A stretch of 64,000 nt of DNA from an uncultured delta proteobacterium (GTDB lineage: Bacteria; Myxococcota_A; Polyangia; Polyangiales; JAFGIB01). Where the stretch lies: assembly GCA_963778655.1 (NCBI GenBank), contig CAVZVA010000010.1, positions 1,120,001-1,184,000 of the forward strand. The letters are read 5' to 3'. The notes beneath the pieces were generated by a model. The model saw nothing but the letters and a program-made list of their open reading frames with translations. It had not been told where the DNA came from and did no database searches. Position 1 is the stretch's first letter, and the number at the start of each line of letters is the position of its first letter. Position numbers and translations under genes: made by a program. Shown piece by piece: positions 32,614-42,785 of this stretch.

Positions 32614-32817
32614 GTGTCTTCGCAGCGGCTCGTGCCCTCGCGCGGGCCGGGTAGCGGGCCGGCCCCCGAGCTGCTCTTGGCCGTGGCCGAGGTCGGCCGC
32701 GAGCTGGCGGCGCCGGGCGAACTCGGCCCGCGTATCACCGAGGCCCTGCGCGTGCTCGAGGGTTCTGAGCGCTGCGCGGCAACCTACGGCCTCAACGGAG
32801 AAGGAGAAGCCCCGTGA
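32614..32817 (+). pseudogene. Possible remnant of a GAF-domain (NifA-like) regulator N-terminus
   Basis: LLLAVAEVGRELAAPGELGPRITEALRVLE..AATYGL resembles the GAF entry helices; ends after 67 aa. Confidence 0.35.
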
Positions 32818-32865
32818 AGCCCGTTGGGGCGGCCGCAACTGGACCATGCGCAAGCCAACGCGCCC

Positions 32866-33568
32866 TCAGAACACGGCGCCCAGGCCGAGACCGCCCCAGG
32901 GCAGGAAGCCGCCTGCGCCGAAGATCGGGGTGAAGCCGAGCTTGAAGTTGAATCCTCCATCATGGGGCACGTAGCGGTAACCGATGGTCGCGGTACCGGC
33001 GACGGCGAATCCCGAGGCGTGGGCTGCCGTGCCGCCGACGCCGGACGCGCCGGCCGAGGCGTTCACGAACAGCGGCCCGAGGCCAAGCTCGAGCTTGTGG
33101 TCGGCGGAGCCGATGCCCATGTAGTTCGCCGTCAAAGGGATGAACAGGATGCTCGCGTGGCCGCTCGAGCTGCCGCCGCTCGCGCTCAGCGAGATGTAGC
33201 CGAAGCCGACGCGGGCGTTGATGTTGTCGGTGAAGAAGCGTTCATAGTTGATGGAGTAGATGCCACCGTTGCCGGCCAGCTCGACGTATAAGACGTTGTT
33301 GGCCGTTCGGCGCAAGTTGGCGGGGGTCGTGGAGCCGCTCTCCTCCCCGAAGAAGCTCGGCGAGCCCGCGGGTGCAGCAGCAGGCTTCTGCGCGCCATCC
33401 CCAGCTGCGGGTGCTGCTTCGGGCGGCGGCGCGGGGGGGGCCGCATCGGCAGCGGTATCCGTAGCGGCCGGCGCCTCGCCTGCCTGTGCTGCGACGGATC
33501 CTGATGTGGACTGCGCATACCCCTGTGCTCAGGACGATCGTTCCGATGAGCCGATAACTCCACTTCAT
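32866..33568 (-). pseudogene. Outer-membrane beta-barrel-like protein with frameshift in the signal peptide near 33529
   Basis: CAGGAGG RBS and MKWSYRLIGTIVL in one frame; AQGYAQ..PA-rich linker..YVELAGNGGIYSINYER..GYRY..GLGLGAVF in the next. Confidence 0.7.
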
Positions 33569-33882
33569 ATGCCCCTCCTGGCGTGCCGAATGGGCACGCG
33601 CGCGATTGCGTGAACGTGCTGAAAGGCCGGCGTGGCGTGGGATGTGTCGAGCCAAGCGCGATGCGTGTCGTCACGGCAGCGGTCGAAGACTCGACCTATC
33701 GCCGCGGTGCAGCCGACTGCACAGCAGAATATCATGGCCCTTTGTTGCTTCTCGCCTGGCCGCGTCGTGTGAGCCCAAAAACGAGGTCACATCGGAAGCG
33801 ATGTCCATGCACCGGCGCCGGTGTGGTAGCCTGGTAGATGGGTGTGGTCGCCATCGCGGCGATGCGGAGGACGGAGGAACGC

Positions 33883-34923
33883 ATGGGGACTCGGCAACGG
33901 GGCGGCGTTTGGCGCGGCGTTCGGTTCACCGGCAGTGTTGCGCTCGCCATTGGGCTGGTCGCGTGCTCCGCCAGTGGCAACGGGTCGCGCGGCATCGGAG
34001 GCGCGAGCGGCCAAGCGACGGGCGGAACGGGGATGCCCTCGGCGGGCAGCGCTGCGAACAGCAGCGGCGCGCGCGCCGGCAGCGGCGGCGGAGCCGCGGG
34101 CATGGGCTCGGGCATGCCGGCGCAGGACGCCGGCAGCTCCGGCGGAAGCGGGGGCGCGTCGAGCGTCTCCGGCTCGGGGGGCGCGGCCGCGATCGATGCC
34201 GGCAGCGCGGCCCCCGTCGCGTTTCGCATCACCGAGCTCAACCTGCGCGATCCGCACTTCTTTCTCGGCAGCTCGGATATTACCGACCAACCGTTTCTCG
34301 GCACGTCGGTCAACGGCAGCCTGATCCCTGGCGGCATCACCATGGACTACGACGGAGACGGGTTTCTCGACGTCTCCATCCTGCCTTTGATGCAACCGCT
34401 CGATCCGGCTGCGACCAGTGGCGGCCTGCACCTGATCGACGCCCACTGCAAGCTGAGCGATCCCACCCAGTGTGAGCCCGCGCCCAATCCCGGTCTCGAC
34501 GTGACCTTCACCATCGACAACGTCACCCACGGCAGCTGCCTAGAGCCGCTCGCGGGCACCACCTCGGGCTTCAGCCCCGCGGTGGAAGCGCCGGCCGCGC
34601 CCTGCTTCGTCACCACCAATCCCGCGGACGTGACGATCAACCTTGGCGGCATCTCGATCGCGATGACGGGCGCGCAAGTCGCCGCGAGCTACCAGGGCAG
34701 CCCGCCGAACCAGCTCGGCGGGCTGATCGCCGGCTTCGTCACCACCACCAAAGCGATGCAGGCCTTGCTCCCGGACTACCTCGGCCCCGGCTTGGCCGGC
34801 CTCCCGATCACCAACTTCCTGCGCGACCAGGACAAGGACCAGGCGCAGAGCCCCAACGGCGAGGACGGCTGGTGGCTGTACCTGAGCTTCGTGGCCAAGC
34901 CCGTGACCTACGCCGCTCCGTGA
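33883..34923 (+). CDS. Lipoprotein, hypothetical, with DxDxDG Ca-binding-like motif
   Basis: GGAGG RBS, LVAC lipobox, Gly/Ser linker, DYDGDGFLD. Confidence 0.75.
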   Translation: MGTRQRGGVWRGVRFTGSVALAIGLVACSASGNGSRGIGGASGQATGGTGMPSAGSAANSSGARAGSGGGAAGMGSGMPAQDAGSSGGSGGASSVSGSGGAAAIDAGSAAPVAFRITELNLRDPHFFLGSSDITDQPFLGTSVNGSLIPGGITMDYDGDGFLDVSILPLMQPLDPAATSGGLHLIDAHCKLSDPTQCEPAPNPGLDVTFTIDNVTHGSCLEPLAGTTSGFSPAVEAPAAPCFVTTNPADVTINLGGISIAMTGAQVAASYQGSPPNQLGGLIAGFVTTTKAMQALLPDYLGPGLAGLPITNFLRDQDKDQAQSPNGEDGWWLYLSFVAKPVTYAAP

Positions 34924-35020
34924 TCGCGCCAGGCGCCCGCACGGCTGCGCGCCGCGTGTGCTCGCCCGAGGCCACGCCGCCGGCGGTTGCCTCGTCGCGC
35001 GAGGCTGACAAGATCCGGCC

Positions 35021-35797
35021 GTGCACCCCATCCTGACGGTCGTGCAGCTGGGCCCAAGGGCCTTGCCCATCGGCAGCTACGGCGCGCTCTTGTGCGTGGC
35101 GATCGCGGTGGTCGCCGCAGGCTCGCTGCGCGCCGCGCAGCGCGCGCGGCTGGACCTCGGCGCCTGTATCGCGGCGCTGGGTCTGGCGACCGCCGGCGGC
35201 TTCGCCGGCGGCTGGCTGCTGCACGCGCTGGTGCAGTGTGCGCGGCTCGGCTCGCTGCGCGCGGGATTCGCGCAGCCCGGGCTCGCGATTCCCGGCGCGC
35301 TGCTCGGCGGCGCGTTCTGCCTGCGCGCGGCGGGCCGCCGGCTCGGCCTGCCGGTGCTTGCGTTCGCCGCGCTGGCCGTGCCCTGGCTCGCGCTCGGCCA
35401 GGCGCTCGGCCGCATCGGCTGCTTGCTCGGCGGCTGCTGCTACGGCCGTCCCGGCGGCGGGCCGCTCGCGATCCATTACCGCGACCCGCTGGCGCCGGCC
35501 GCGGCCGCGGGCGCGATCGGGCGCCACCCCTGGCCGCTGTACGAAGCGGCTGCGCTGCTGCTGCTCGCGCTCTTGCTGCGGCTCGCGTTCACGCCGCGCG
35601 ATCCCCGCCGCGTGCTCGCCTATGCCGAGGGTTACGCCGCGCTGCGCTTCCTGCTCGAGCCGCTGCGCGGCGACGCGATCCGCGGCGTGTTCTTCGGCGG
35701 CACGCTCTCCAGCGCGCAGCTGATCGCGCTGGCCGCGCTGCTCGCCTGCGCGCTGGCCCACGCGCGGGTCGCGCGGATGGCGTTGGCCGCGCGTTGA
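35021..35797 (+). CDS. lgt: Prolipoprotein diacylglyceryl transferase family
   Basis: MHPIL..SYG, GQALGRIGCLLGGCCYG, HPWPLYE, RFLLEPLRGD. Confidence 0.88.
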   Translation: MHPILTVVQLGPRALPIGSYGALLCVAIAVVAAGSLRAAQRARLDLGACIAALGLATAGGFAGGWLLHALVQCARLGSLRAGFAQPGLAIPGALLGGAFCLRAAGRRLGLPVLAFAALAVPWLALGQALGRIGCLLGGCCYGRPGGGPLAIHYRDPLAPAAAAGAIGRHPWPLYEAAALLLLALLLRLAFTPRDPRRVLAYAEGYAALRFLLEPLRGDAIRGVFFGGTLSSAQLIALAALLACALAHARVARMALAAR

Positions 35798-35884
35798 AGC
35801 CGCATGGGTTTGCGTCGCAGCGGCTCGTTCGGGGGCGAGTGCGACTGCGAGGACGAGGACGCGCTGCGCGCGGCAGGCGGCCGC

Positions 35885-36559
35885 TCAGCAGGCGCTGCCT
35901 TCGGGGCGCAGGCCGTGCAGCAGCTCTTCGACCGTGGCGTGCAGCACGCCATAGGTGAAGTTGCCGTAGAGCATGGCGCGCCCGCCGTCGAAGACATAGG
36001 TGGGCGAGCCCTGCAGCTTGAGCCTTTCGGTCTCGAGTTGGTCTTCCCACAACGCGGCCAGCGCGCTGCCGTCGTCGAGCTGGCGCTCGATGCCCGCGCG
36101 CGGCACGCCGAGCGCCTCGGCCAGCTCGAGCTGGGCGGCGCGGCGGGCCACGTTCACGTTGTCCACGAAGAACTTGTGCCGCAGCGCATGGTGGTAGCGA
36201 CCCCCCGTTCCGCTCGGGACCGTGCCCTCACGCTCCAGCGCGCACACCGCCTTGACCGCGGCGCCCGCGGCCCAGCTCGAAGCCGGACAATCGCCGCTCC
36301 AGCACGCGCCGCTGACCTCGGGATGACCGTGCTGCGCGGCGATCTCGGCGGTGGCGCGCACCCGGCCCTCGATGCCGGCGCCCGCCCACGGCCCGCGGGC
36401 GAAGCGCCACGGCACGCTGCCGAACACCGGGACCACCCGATAGTCGACCTCGAGTCGCTCGCCGACCTCGCGCAGCAGCTGCTGCAGCTTGTCGTTTGCG
36501 ACGAACGCCCAGATGCACAACGGGTCCGAAAAGTGACTGAACGCCAGCTTGCTCGACAT
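35885..36559 (-). CDS. DsbA/FrnE-like thioredoxin-fold protein
   Basis: FSDPLCIWAF, LQGSPTYVF cis-Pro motif. Confidence 0.82.
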   Translation of the reverse strand: MSSKLAFSHFSDPLCIWAFVANDKLQQLLREVGERLEVDYRVVPVFGSVPWRFARGPWAGAGIEGRVRATAEIAAQHGHPEVSGACWSGDCPASSWAAGAAVKAVCALEREGTVPSGTGGRYHHALRHKFFVDNVNVARRAAQLELAEALGVPRAGIERQLDDGSALAALWEDQLETERLKLQGSPTYVFDGGRAMLYGNFTYGVLHATVEELLHGLRPEGSAC

Positions 36560-36711
36560 CGGCCGCTCCTGTGAGAGCTCGGCGCTCCGCCGGCGCGATC
36601 GGTCACCTCGCGCAGCGCCCGACTCGACTGTGGCGCAGCTCGCGGCCCGCCGTCAAAGCCGTGCGGTGCCTCCTTTTGCGTTCGCGCCGCGCAGCGTGTA
36701 CACCGCGGTCG

Positions 36712-37626
36712 ATGCGCGCCGTGCCCAGAGCGTCCACAAGGCGCCGCGAACGGGTTTCGAGATCGGCTCTTCAGGTCTGTTCGGTCTTGGTGCCGTGCTT
36801 GCTGCTCGCGCTGGCGGCGGCCGCCGAGCGCGTGGAGAGGCCTGCGCTCGCGCCGGCCGCGGTCGCGCGCGTGAGCGGCGGCTGGCTCGAGATGGGCAGC
36901 GACGATGCCGACGTCGCGTTCGCCGCCGCACTGTGTGCGGCCGGCGCGTCCACCGAGGAAGCAGCGCTGTGCCGCCCCGAGCTGTTCGCCGACGAGCAGC
37001 CGCGCCACCGTGTCTACGTGAGCACGTTCCGCATCGATCGCACCGAGGTCAACCAGCGCGACTACCTGCGCTGCGTGCAGCACGGCGCCTGCTCGCCGGC
37101 GCGCGTCTCCGATCTCGACCCGCGTTTGGGCCAGCCCGACCAGCCAGTCGCGGGCGTCAGCTACGCCGAGGCGGCGCGCTACTGTCAGTGGCTGGGCGGC
37201 CGGCTCCCGACCGAAGCCGAATGGGAGCGCGCTGCGCGCGGCGACGGCACGCGCCGCTTCCCGTGGGGCCGCTTCTGGAACGACCGCGTCGCCAATCACG
37301 GGCTGTCCGGAGATCGGCCGAGCGAGCAGGACGGCTATGCCTTTGCGGCAGCGGTGAGCGCGTTCCCTGACGGAAAGAGCGCGTTCGGGCTGCTCAACAT
37401 GGCGGGCAACGTCTGGGAGCTGACCGCCGATCGCTACGCCCAGGACTACTACGCCAAGTCGGAGCCGATCGATCCACAGGGCCCGCGCGAAGGCGACGAG
37501 ATCGTGATCCGCGGCGGGTCGTGGCGTTCGCCGGCCTATACGCTGCGCGTTACCCAGCGCGGCACGATCAAGCTGGGCGAGACGCGGCCCGACGTTGGCT
37601 TCCGTTGTGCCTATAATGTTCCCTGA
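36712..37626 (+). CDS. FGE-sulfatase (SUMF1/EgtB/PvdO) domain protein, secreted
   Basis: DEQPRH, EVNQ, RLPTEAEWERAARG, MAGNVWE, RGGSW, GFRCA. Confidence 0.9.
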   Translation: MRAVPRASTRRRERVSRSALQVCSVLVPCLLLALAAAAERVERPALAPAAVARVSGGWLEMGSDDADVAFAAALCAAGASTEEAALCRPELFADEQPRHRVYVSTFRIDRTEVNQRDYLRCVQHGACSPARVSDLDPRLGQPDQPVAGVSYAEAARYCQWLGGRLPTEAEWERAARGDGTRRFPWGRFWNDRVANHGLSGDRPSEQDGYAFAAAVSAFPDGKSAFGLLNMAGNVWELTADRYAQDYYAKSEPIDPQGPREGDEIVIRGGSWRSPAYTLRVTQRGTIKLGETRPDVGFRCAYNVP

Positions 37627-37705
37627 CCGTGCGCCCACAAAAAACCGCTCGAATGCCGTGGAACACCCGCCCCGCTACGCTATGCTCCGCCCCCGACTCG
37701 AGCCC

Positions 37706-37978
37706 ATGTGTTCTCTCTTGCCGACCTCCCTTCGCTGCATCGTGCTTTCGCTCGCGCTGGTCTCGCTCGCGGGCTGCGCCAAGGGTGACGGCGGGCCCTG
37801 TCAGGTTGACGGCGACTGCCAGAGCGGGCTGACGTGCGTGCTCGGATCGAGCCCCCGCGGCTACTGCAGGACGCCCCGAGAAGCCGCCATGGTGGACGCG
37901 GGCCAGTCCAGCGACGAGGACGCAGGCGTAATCCCGATCTCGGAAGAGGACGCGGGCACGGTGCCGCCCGGCAGCTGA
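37706..37978 (+). CDS. Small Cys-rich lipoprotein
   Basis: LAGC lipobox; C..DGDC.SGL.C motif; DAG tail. Confidence 0.7.
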   Translation: MCSLLPTSLRCIVLSLALVSLAGCAKGDGGPCQVDGDCQSGLTCVLGSSPRGYCRTPREAAMVDAGQSSDEDAGVIPISEEDAGTVPPGS

Positions 37979-38000
37979 GGCCGCGCGCGGCCGCTGCTGG

Positions 38001-38029
38001 TTGACGCCGATCGGGCCTGGCCGTAGCCT
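38001..38029 (+). promoter_or_regulatory. Sigma-70-type promoter
   Basis: TTGACG-17 nt-TAGCCT, 8 nt before ATG 38038. Confidence 0.6.
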
Positions 38030-38037
38030 CCGGCTCG

Positions 38038-39228
38038 ATGCGAGTCCTGGCAGCCGCGGTGCGGGCAATGCTGGTGCTGCCCGGCGATGCGCCCCACCGA
38101 GTCCCGGGTACCGCGCTCGCCGCCGCGTGCATCGCAGCATGCATGCTGACCGCGTGGCCAAGCCTCGCGCAGCCGAAGCCCGCGCCGGCGAGCACGGCCG
38201 CTCAGGTGCCCGCGACCACCCAGACTGCGGGTCAGGTGCCCGCCGCGCCCGTGGCGCCGCCTGCCGCGGCGGCGCCTGCCGCGCCTGCCGCGGCGGCACC
38301 GGCCACACCGGCGGCGCCGACTCCAGAACAGCTCGAGCAGGCGCGCGCCGCCTATGCGCGTGGGCAGCAGCTCTTCAGCCAGGGTGCGTTCGCCGAAGCC
38401 GAGAGCGCGTTCGCGGAAGCGTACGCCGCCGTGCCCAATCCGGTGGTCTTGCTCAGCAGCGCCGAGTGCCAGGTGCGGCTCGGCAAGCTGCAGGACGCCT
38501 ACGACACGCTGCAACGCTACCTGCAGCAGAGCCCCGGCGCGTCCGATCGCGCCGAGGTCGAGCGCAAAGCCGCCGACCTGGCCTCGGTCCCGGCCACCCT
38601 CGTGCTGAGCAGCGAGCCCAGCGGGGCCGCCATCAAGCTCGACGGGCAGGACACCGGCAAACACACGCCGGCCGAGCTCAGCGTGATGCGCGGCGAGCAC
38701 ACGCTCGAGCTGACGCTCTCTGGCCACCAGTCGCAGACCGTGACGGTGCAGGCACGGATCGGCGCCCGCCACGAGCTGCAGGCGGCGCTGACCGCGGCGC
38801 CCGCCAAGCCCGCGGTCGCGGCCGCGGGGCAGCAGCCGGCGGTGGCCAATCTGAAGGTCGAGCCGGAAGAGGCGGCGCACAGGCCCACCACCGCGCTGTG
38901 GATCACCAGCATCGTCGGTGCCGCCGGGCTCGTCACCGGCACAGTGCTCGGCTTCATGGTGTTGGCCGAACGCAGCGACTTCGACGCCAACCCGACCGAC
39001 GCCACGGCCAAGCGCGGCGAGCGTCTCGCCCTTTTCACCGACGTCTCCTTCGGCGTGGGGGCGATGGCGCTGGTCACTTCCGCGGTGCTCTACTTCACGG
39101 CGGATCAAGCCGCCGCGAGCGAGAAGCCGGGACAGGCGTCCTCCGCGCGGGCGCGCAGCCCGCGGCTCGCGCTGGTCCCGGCGGTCTCGAGCCACGCCGC
39201 GGGCCTGAGCGCGCTGGGGCGCTTCTGA
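38038..39228 (+). CDS. TPR + PEGA domain protein
   Basis: TPR helices, SEPSGAAIKLDG..GKHTP..GEHTLEL PEGA signature, C-terminal GRF. Confidence 0.85.
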   Translation: MRVLAAAVRAMLVLPGDAPHRVPGTALAAACIAACMLTAWPSLAQPKPAPASTAAQVPATTQTAGQVPAAPVAPPAAAAPAAPAAAAPATPAAPTPEQLEQARAAYARGQQLFSQGAFAEAESAFAEAYAAVPNPVVLLSSAECQVRLGKLQDAYDTLQRYLQQSPGASDRAEVERKAADLASVPATLVLSSEPSGAAIKLDGQDTGKHTPAELSVMRGEHTLELTLSGHQSQTVTVQARIGARHELQAALTAAPAKPAVAAAGQQPAVANLKVEPEEAAHRPTTALWITSIVGAAGLVTGTVLGFMVLAERSDFDANPTDATAKRGERLALFTDVSFGVGAMALVTSAVLYFTADQAAASEKPGQASSARARSPRLALVPAVSSHAAGLSALGRF

Positions 39229-39252
39229 GAATCCCGTTTGGACGCTGCCGTC

Positions 39253-39558
39253 ATGACGCCACGCCTGCTGCCACGAACCCAACGCCCGCACGCCCTGCCG
39301 ACCGGCCCGGCGTGCGCGCGCCCGCGACCGCCGCATGCCCGGCGGAGGTCCTGGCTGCGTTCGCTGGCGCTGGTGCTGGCCTGCTGCACGCTCGCGGGCT
39401 GCGAGCTGGTGGCCAACTTCGACCGCGGCCGGATCCCGGCGGCGCCGCCGGACGCCGCCGTGCACGATGCAGGCAACGGAGGCTCGAGCCAGCCCCCTGA
39501 CGCCGGCAGCCCGGGTGCCGGCAACGACGCCGGCAGCGACGAAGACGCGGGCCAATAG
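39253..39558 (+). CDS. Small lipoprotein with DAG-rich tail
   Basis: LAGCELVANFDR lipobox region. Confidence 0.65.
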   Translation: MTPRLLPRTQRPHALPTGPACARPRPPHARRRSWLRSLALVLACCTLAGCELVANFDRGRIPAAPPDAAVHDAGNGGSSQPPDAGSPGAGNDAGSDEDAGQ

Positions 39559-39561
39559 AGC

Positions 39562-40860
39562 TCAGTTCTTGGAGGTCTTGGCCTTGCGTGCGCGCGCCTC
39601 GCGCGCCGCGCGATCCATGGTCTCGGTGCGCAGCCCGCGCACCAGCAGGATCTGGCTGGCCGCGCTCATTCCGTGGCCGAGATAGGGATCGGCGTTGGCC
39701 AGGCTGCGGACGAACCAGGTCGAGTTGCGCAGGTCGAAGCTCGCCCAGGCCGAGACCATGGTGACCTTGCGGCCGAGCGGCAGCGTCTCGAAATTCCAGC
39801 GCCCGCCTTGGAGCGCGCCCTGCACCGCGTCGACCGAGACCACGGGGTCGCCGTCGCGCAGCTCCATCCGCCCCGAAACCCCGATCAGCGGCAGGCTGAT
39901 GTCCCAGTCGAAGGTGGTGACCGGGCCTTGCCGCGACACCACCTTGGCCTCGCTGCCGGGCAGTAGCGTGGCCCCGAAGGAGTCCGCGTCCAGCATGACC
40001 TTGCGCACCGAGTCCTGCCCGCGGTGGATCAGGCCGAGCACCGCGATCTGGCTCATGCGCTCGCCGTTCATCTCGAGCAGCACCAGGTCGCCGCGCAGCA
40101 GCAGCGGCAGCACGGCCCGCTTGTCGACCACCGGCTCGTGCAGCGCCCGCGCTGGCTGGGCCGGCGCGCGATAGCCGGCGCGCCGCTCCGCCTCGTGGCG
40201 GAAGCTCAGCACCATGGCATAGGTCAGCGACATGTCCGCCGTACGGTTGACGCTGCGCGCGGCGCTGGCCAGCTGGCGCGCGATGTAGTTCGCCGTGCGC
40301 AGGTCCAGCCGCAGCGACACGCACAGCAGCGACTCGCTCGTCCCGTGCGGCAGCACGCGCAAGGTGATGCGGCCGGTGCCGAAATCGCCGGACTGGCTGT
40401 CGATCGTCGCGCGGAACCCGGCGTCGGCGCGGTCGGGCGGCGCCGGGTAGCTGGTCATCGCGTTGCGGCCCTGTAGCGAGAGCAGCGACATGCCCCAGCG
40501 CCAGTCGTACAGCACGCTGTTGTCCTTGCGCCGCACCACGTCCACGTGGTCGAGCGTGCGCATGAACGCCGGATACCCCTCGGGGTGCTCGATCAACCCG
40601 ATGACCACGGAAGCCGGTGCGTGCACCAGCGCCGCCAGATTGATCGCGGGCAGCTCGTCGGCGTCGTCGTTGGCGAACTCGACCAACGCAACCGGTCCGG
40701 CCTGCAGCTCCGGCTCCAGCCGCGCCAGGTCCGCCTTGCTCAACCCGCGCAGGCGCTCGGTGCGCGCGTCGTAGCTGGGCGCGGCGGTTGCAGGCGCCTG
40801 TGCGTGCAGGTGCGTGGTCCACAACAGACAGAGCGCGAGCGCGGGGGCGAGCTTCGGCAT
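39562..40860 (-). CDS. Secreted protein with two SRPBCC/START-like domains
   Basis: Signal peptide; two halves each with V.AP..V...I..PE.Y..F-type pattern, GDF/GAL..GRW strand and long C-terminal helix. Confidence 0.6.
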   Translation of the reverse strand: MPKLAPALALCLLWTTHLHAQAPATAAPSYDARTERLRGLSKADLARLEPELQAGPVALVEFANDDADELPAINLAALVHAPASVVIGLIEHPEGYPAFMRTLDHVDVVRRKDNSVLYDWRWGMSLLSLQGRNAMTSYPAPPDRADAGFRATIDSQSGDFGTGRITLRVLPHGTSESLLCVSLRLDLRTANYIARQLASAARSVNRTADMSLTYAMVLSFRHEAERRAGYRAPAQPARALHEPVVDKRAVLPLLLRGDLVLLEMNGERMSQIAVLGLIHRGQDSVRKVMLDADSFGATLLPGSEAKVVSRQGPVTTFDWDISLPLIGVSGRMELRDGDPVVSVDAVQGALQGGRWNFETLPLGRKVTMVSAWASFDLRNSTWFVRSLANADPYLGHGMSAASQILLVRGLRTETMDRAAREARARKAKTSKN

Positions 40861-41089
40861 CTGGGCTTAGACGGGAGCGGGGCCAGGGAATTCAAGGCTA
40901 AATCGCGCTCGGGCGCAAACCGCGCCGGGGTGCGGCTGCGCAGCCGCCGCCAGCGTGCGAAAAGGCCCGCAAAAGTGGCCCGCGCCGGCTGCGGCGCGCG
41001 CGCCGGGCTTGACCGGCGCCGAAGCCAGGCCGTAGATGTGAAGGCGCGGCCCGCCGGGTGCGAGCCGCAGCCCGCAGGGCAGGAGGCGC

Positions 41090-41734
41090 ATGAAGATCTT
41101 TATCGATTCGGCCGACATCGGCGAGATCCGCGAGGCGGCCGCCATGGGCGTGATCGACGGCGTGACCACCAACCCCAGCCTGGTGGCCAAGACCGGCCGC
41201 AGCCTGGAGGCGGTGGTGCGCGATATCTGCGAGGTCGTCGATGGCCCGATCAGCGCCGAAGTCCTGGCCACCGACACCGACGGCATTCTGGCCGAGGGCC
41301 GCAAGCTCGCTGCGATGCACCGCAACGTGGTGGTCAAGGTGCCGCTGATCGCCGCGGGCATCAAGGCGGTGCGCGTGCTCCACCAGGAGGGCATCAAGAC
41401 CAACGTCACGCTGTGCTTCAGCGCGCCCCAAGGCATGCTCGCGGCCAAGGCGGGCGCCAGCTACATCAGCCCGTTTCTCGGCCGCATCGACGACGCCGGC
41501 GGCGACGGCGTGGAGCTGGTGCAACAGTTGGTCACGATCTATCGCAACTACGGCCTGACGACGCAGGTGCTCGCCGCCAGCATCCGTCATCCGCTGCACC
41601 TGGTGCGCTGCGCACAGATCGGGGCGCACGTGGCGACCATCCCGCATTCGGTCATCCTGCAGCTGCTCAAGCACCCGCTGACCGACGTGGGCCTGGCGCG
41701 TTTCCTCCAGGACGCCAAGAAGACGCCGAGCTGA
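41090..41734 (+). CDS. fsa: Transaldolase / fructose-6-phosphate aldolase (TalC/MipB family)
   Basis: [33 protein letters not shown]. Confidence 0.93.
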   Translation: MKIFIDSADIGEIREAAAMGVIDGVTTNPSLVAKTGRSLEAVVRDICEVVDGPISAEVLATDTDGILAEGRKLAAMHRNVVVKVPLIAAGIKAVRVLHQEGIKTNVTLCFSAPQGMLAAKAGASYISPFLGRIDDAGGDGVELVQQLVTIYRNYGLTTQVLAASIRHPLHLVRCAQIGAHVATIPHSVILQLLKHPLTDVGLARFLQDAKKTPS

Positions 41735-41825
41735 GCGCTGCCTCACGTGGACCCGGTCGGGTGCTCGGGAGGCCGCGCCGGCGGGCGCCGCGTGGTTTCG
41801 AGACCCGCACAGGTGATCAACTCCG

Positions 41826-42725
41826 ATGGCTGCTGCGCCGCGCGTCCTGGTCGTCTACAAGAAGTCCGCCTATCAGATCTACGTGCGCGAGCGGCGGCAC
41901 GCGCGGGTCTCGTCGCTGCTGCGAGCGGCGGACCCGGCGGTCGCCGGCTTGATGCGCGCACACAAGGCCCACGTGCAGACGCTGCGCGAAGCGCGCCGGG
42001 CGCTGCGCGCACTGGGGGCGCGGGCCACCTTTCGCCACCGCAGCAGCCACGGCGCCGCCGACGCCTTCGATCTGGTGGTCACGCTGGGCGGCGATGGGAC
42101 GCTGCTGTGGGCCTCGCAGAGCATCGGCCCAAATTGCCCCGTGCTCGCGATCAACAGCGCCCCCATGGACAGCGTGGGCTATTTTTGCGCAGCCACCAGT
42201 GAGCAGCTGCACCCGGCGCTGCGCGACGCGCTCGCCGGCAAGCTGCGCCAGACCCGGCTCACCCGCATGCGCGTCGAGCTCGACGGCGAGCCCTGCTCCA
42301 ACCGCGTGCTCAATGATGCGCTGTTCAGCCACATGAGCCCGGCCGCGACCACCCGCTATCAGATCCGCTTCCGCGGCCGCGAGGAGACGCACCGCTCGAG
42401 CGGCGTCTGGGTTTCCACGGCGGCCGGGTCCAGCGCGGCGATCCGCTCGGCCGGCGGACAGCTGCAGCCGATCGCCTCGCCGCGCCTGCAGTACGTGGTG
42501 CGCGAGCCGTACCTGCTCGCGGACCGGTCCTACCGCCTGCTCAAGGGGCTGATCGCGCCCGCCGAGCGACTCGAGGTCCAGAGCCACATGCGCGCCGGCC
42601 GGCTCTACCTCGACGGCCCCCACATCCACCGCCCGGTCGAGATCGGCTCGCGGCTGCTGTTCATGCGCTCGAACGAGCCGTTGCTGCTGCTCGGGTTCCG
42701 CCGGCGGGAGGCGGAGCGTTCTTGA
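41826..42725 (+). CDS. nadK: NAD(+) kinase
   Basis: LGGDGTLL, VLND, STAAGSSA..SAGG. Confidence 0.88.
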   Translation: MAAAPRVLVVYKKSAYQIYVRERRHARVSSLLRAADPAVAGLMRAHKAHVQTLREARRALRALGARATFRHRSSHGAADAFDLVVTLGGDGTLLWASQSIGPNCPVLAINSAPMDSVGYFCAATSEQLHPALRDALAGKLRQTRLTRMRVELDGEPCSNRVLNDALFSHMSPAATTRYQIRFRGREETHRSSGVWVSTAAGSSAAIRSAGGQLQPIASPRLQYVVREPYLLADRSYRLLKGLIAPAERLEVQSHMRAGRLYLDGPHIHRPVEIGSRLLFMRSNEPLLLLGFRRREAERS

Positions 42726-42785
42726 CCCGCGTGGCGGACGTGTGCTGCGATCGCCGGCGTCCGCTGTCCACCACTCGATCGATCG

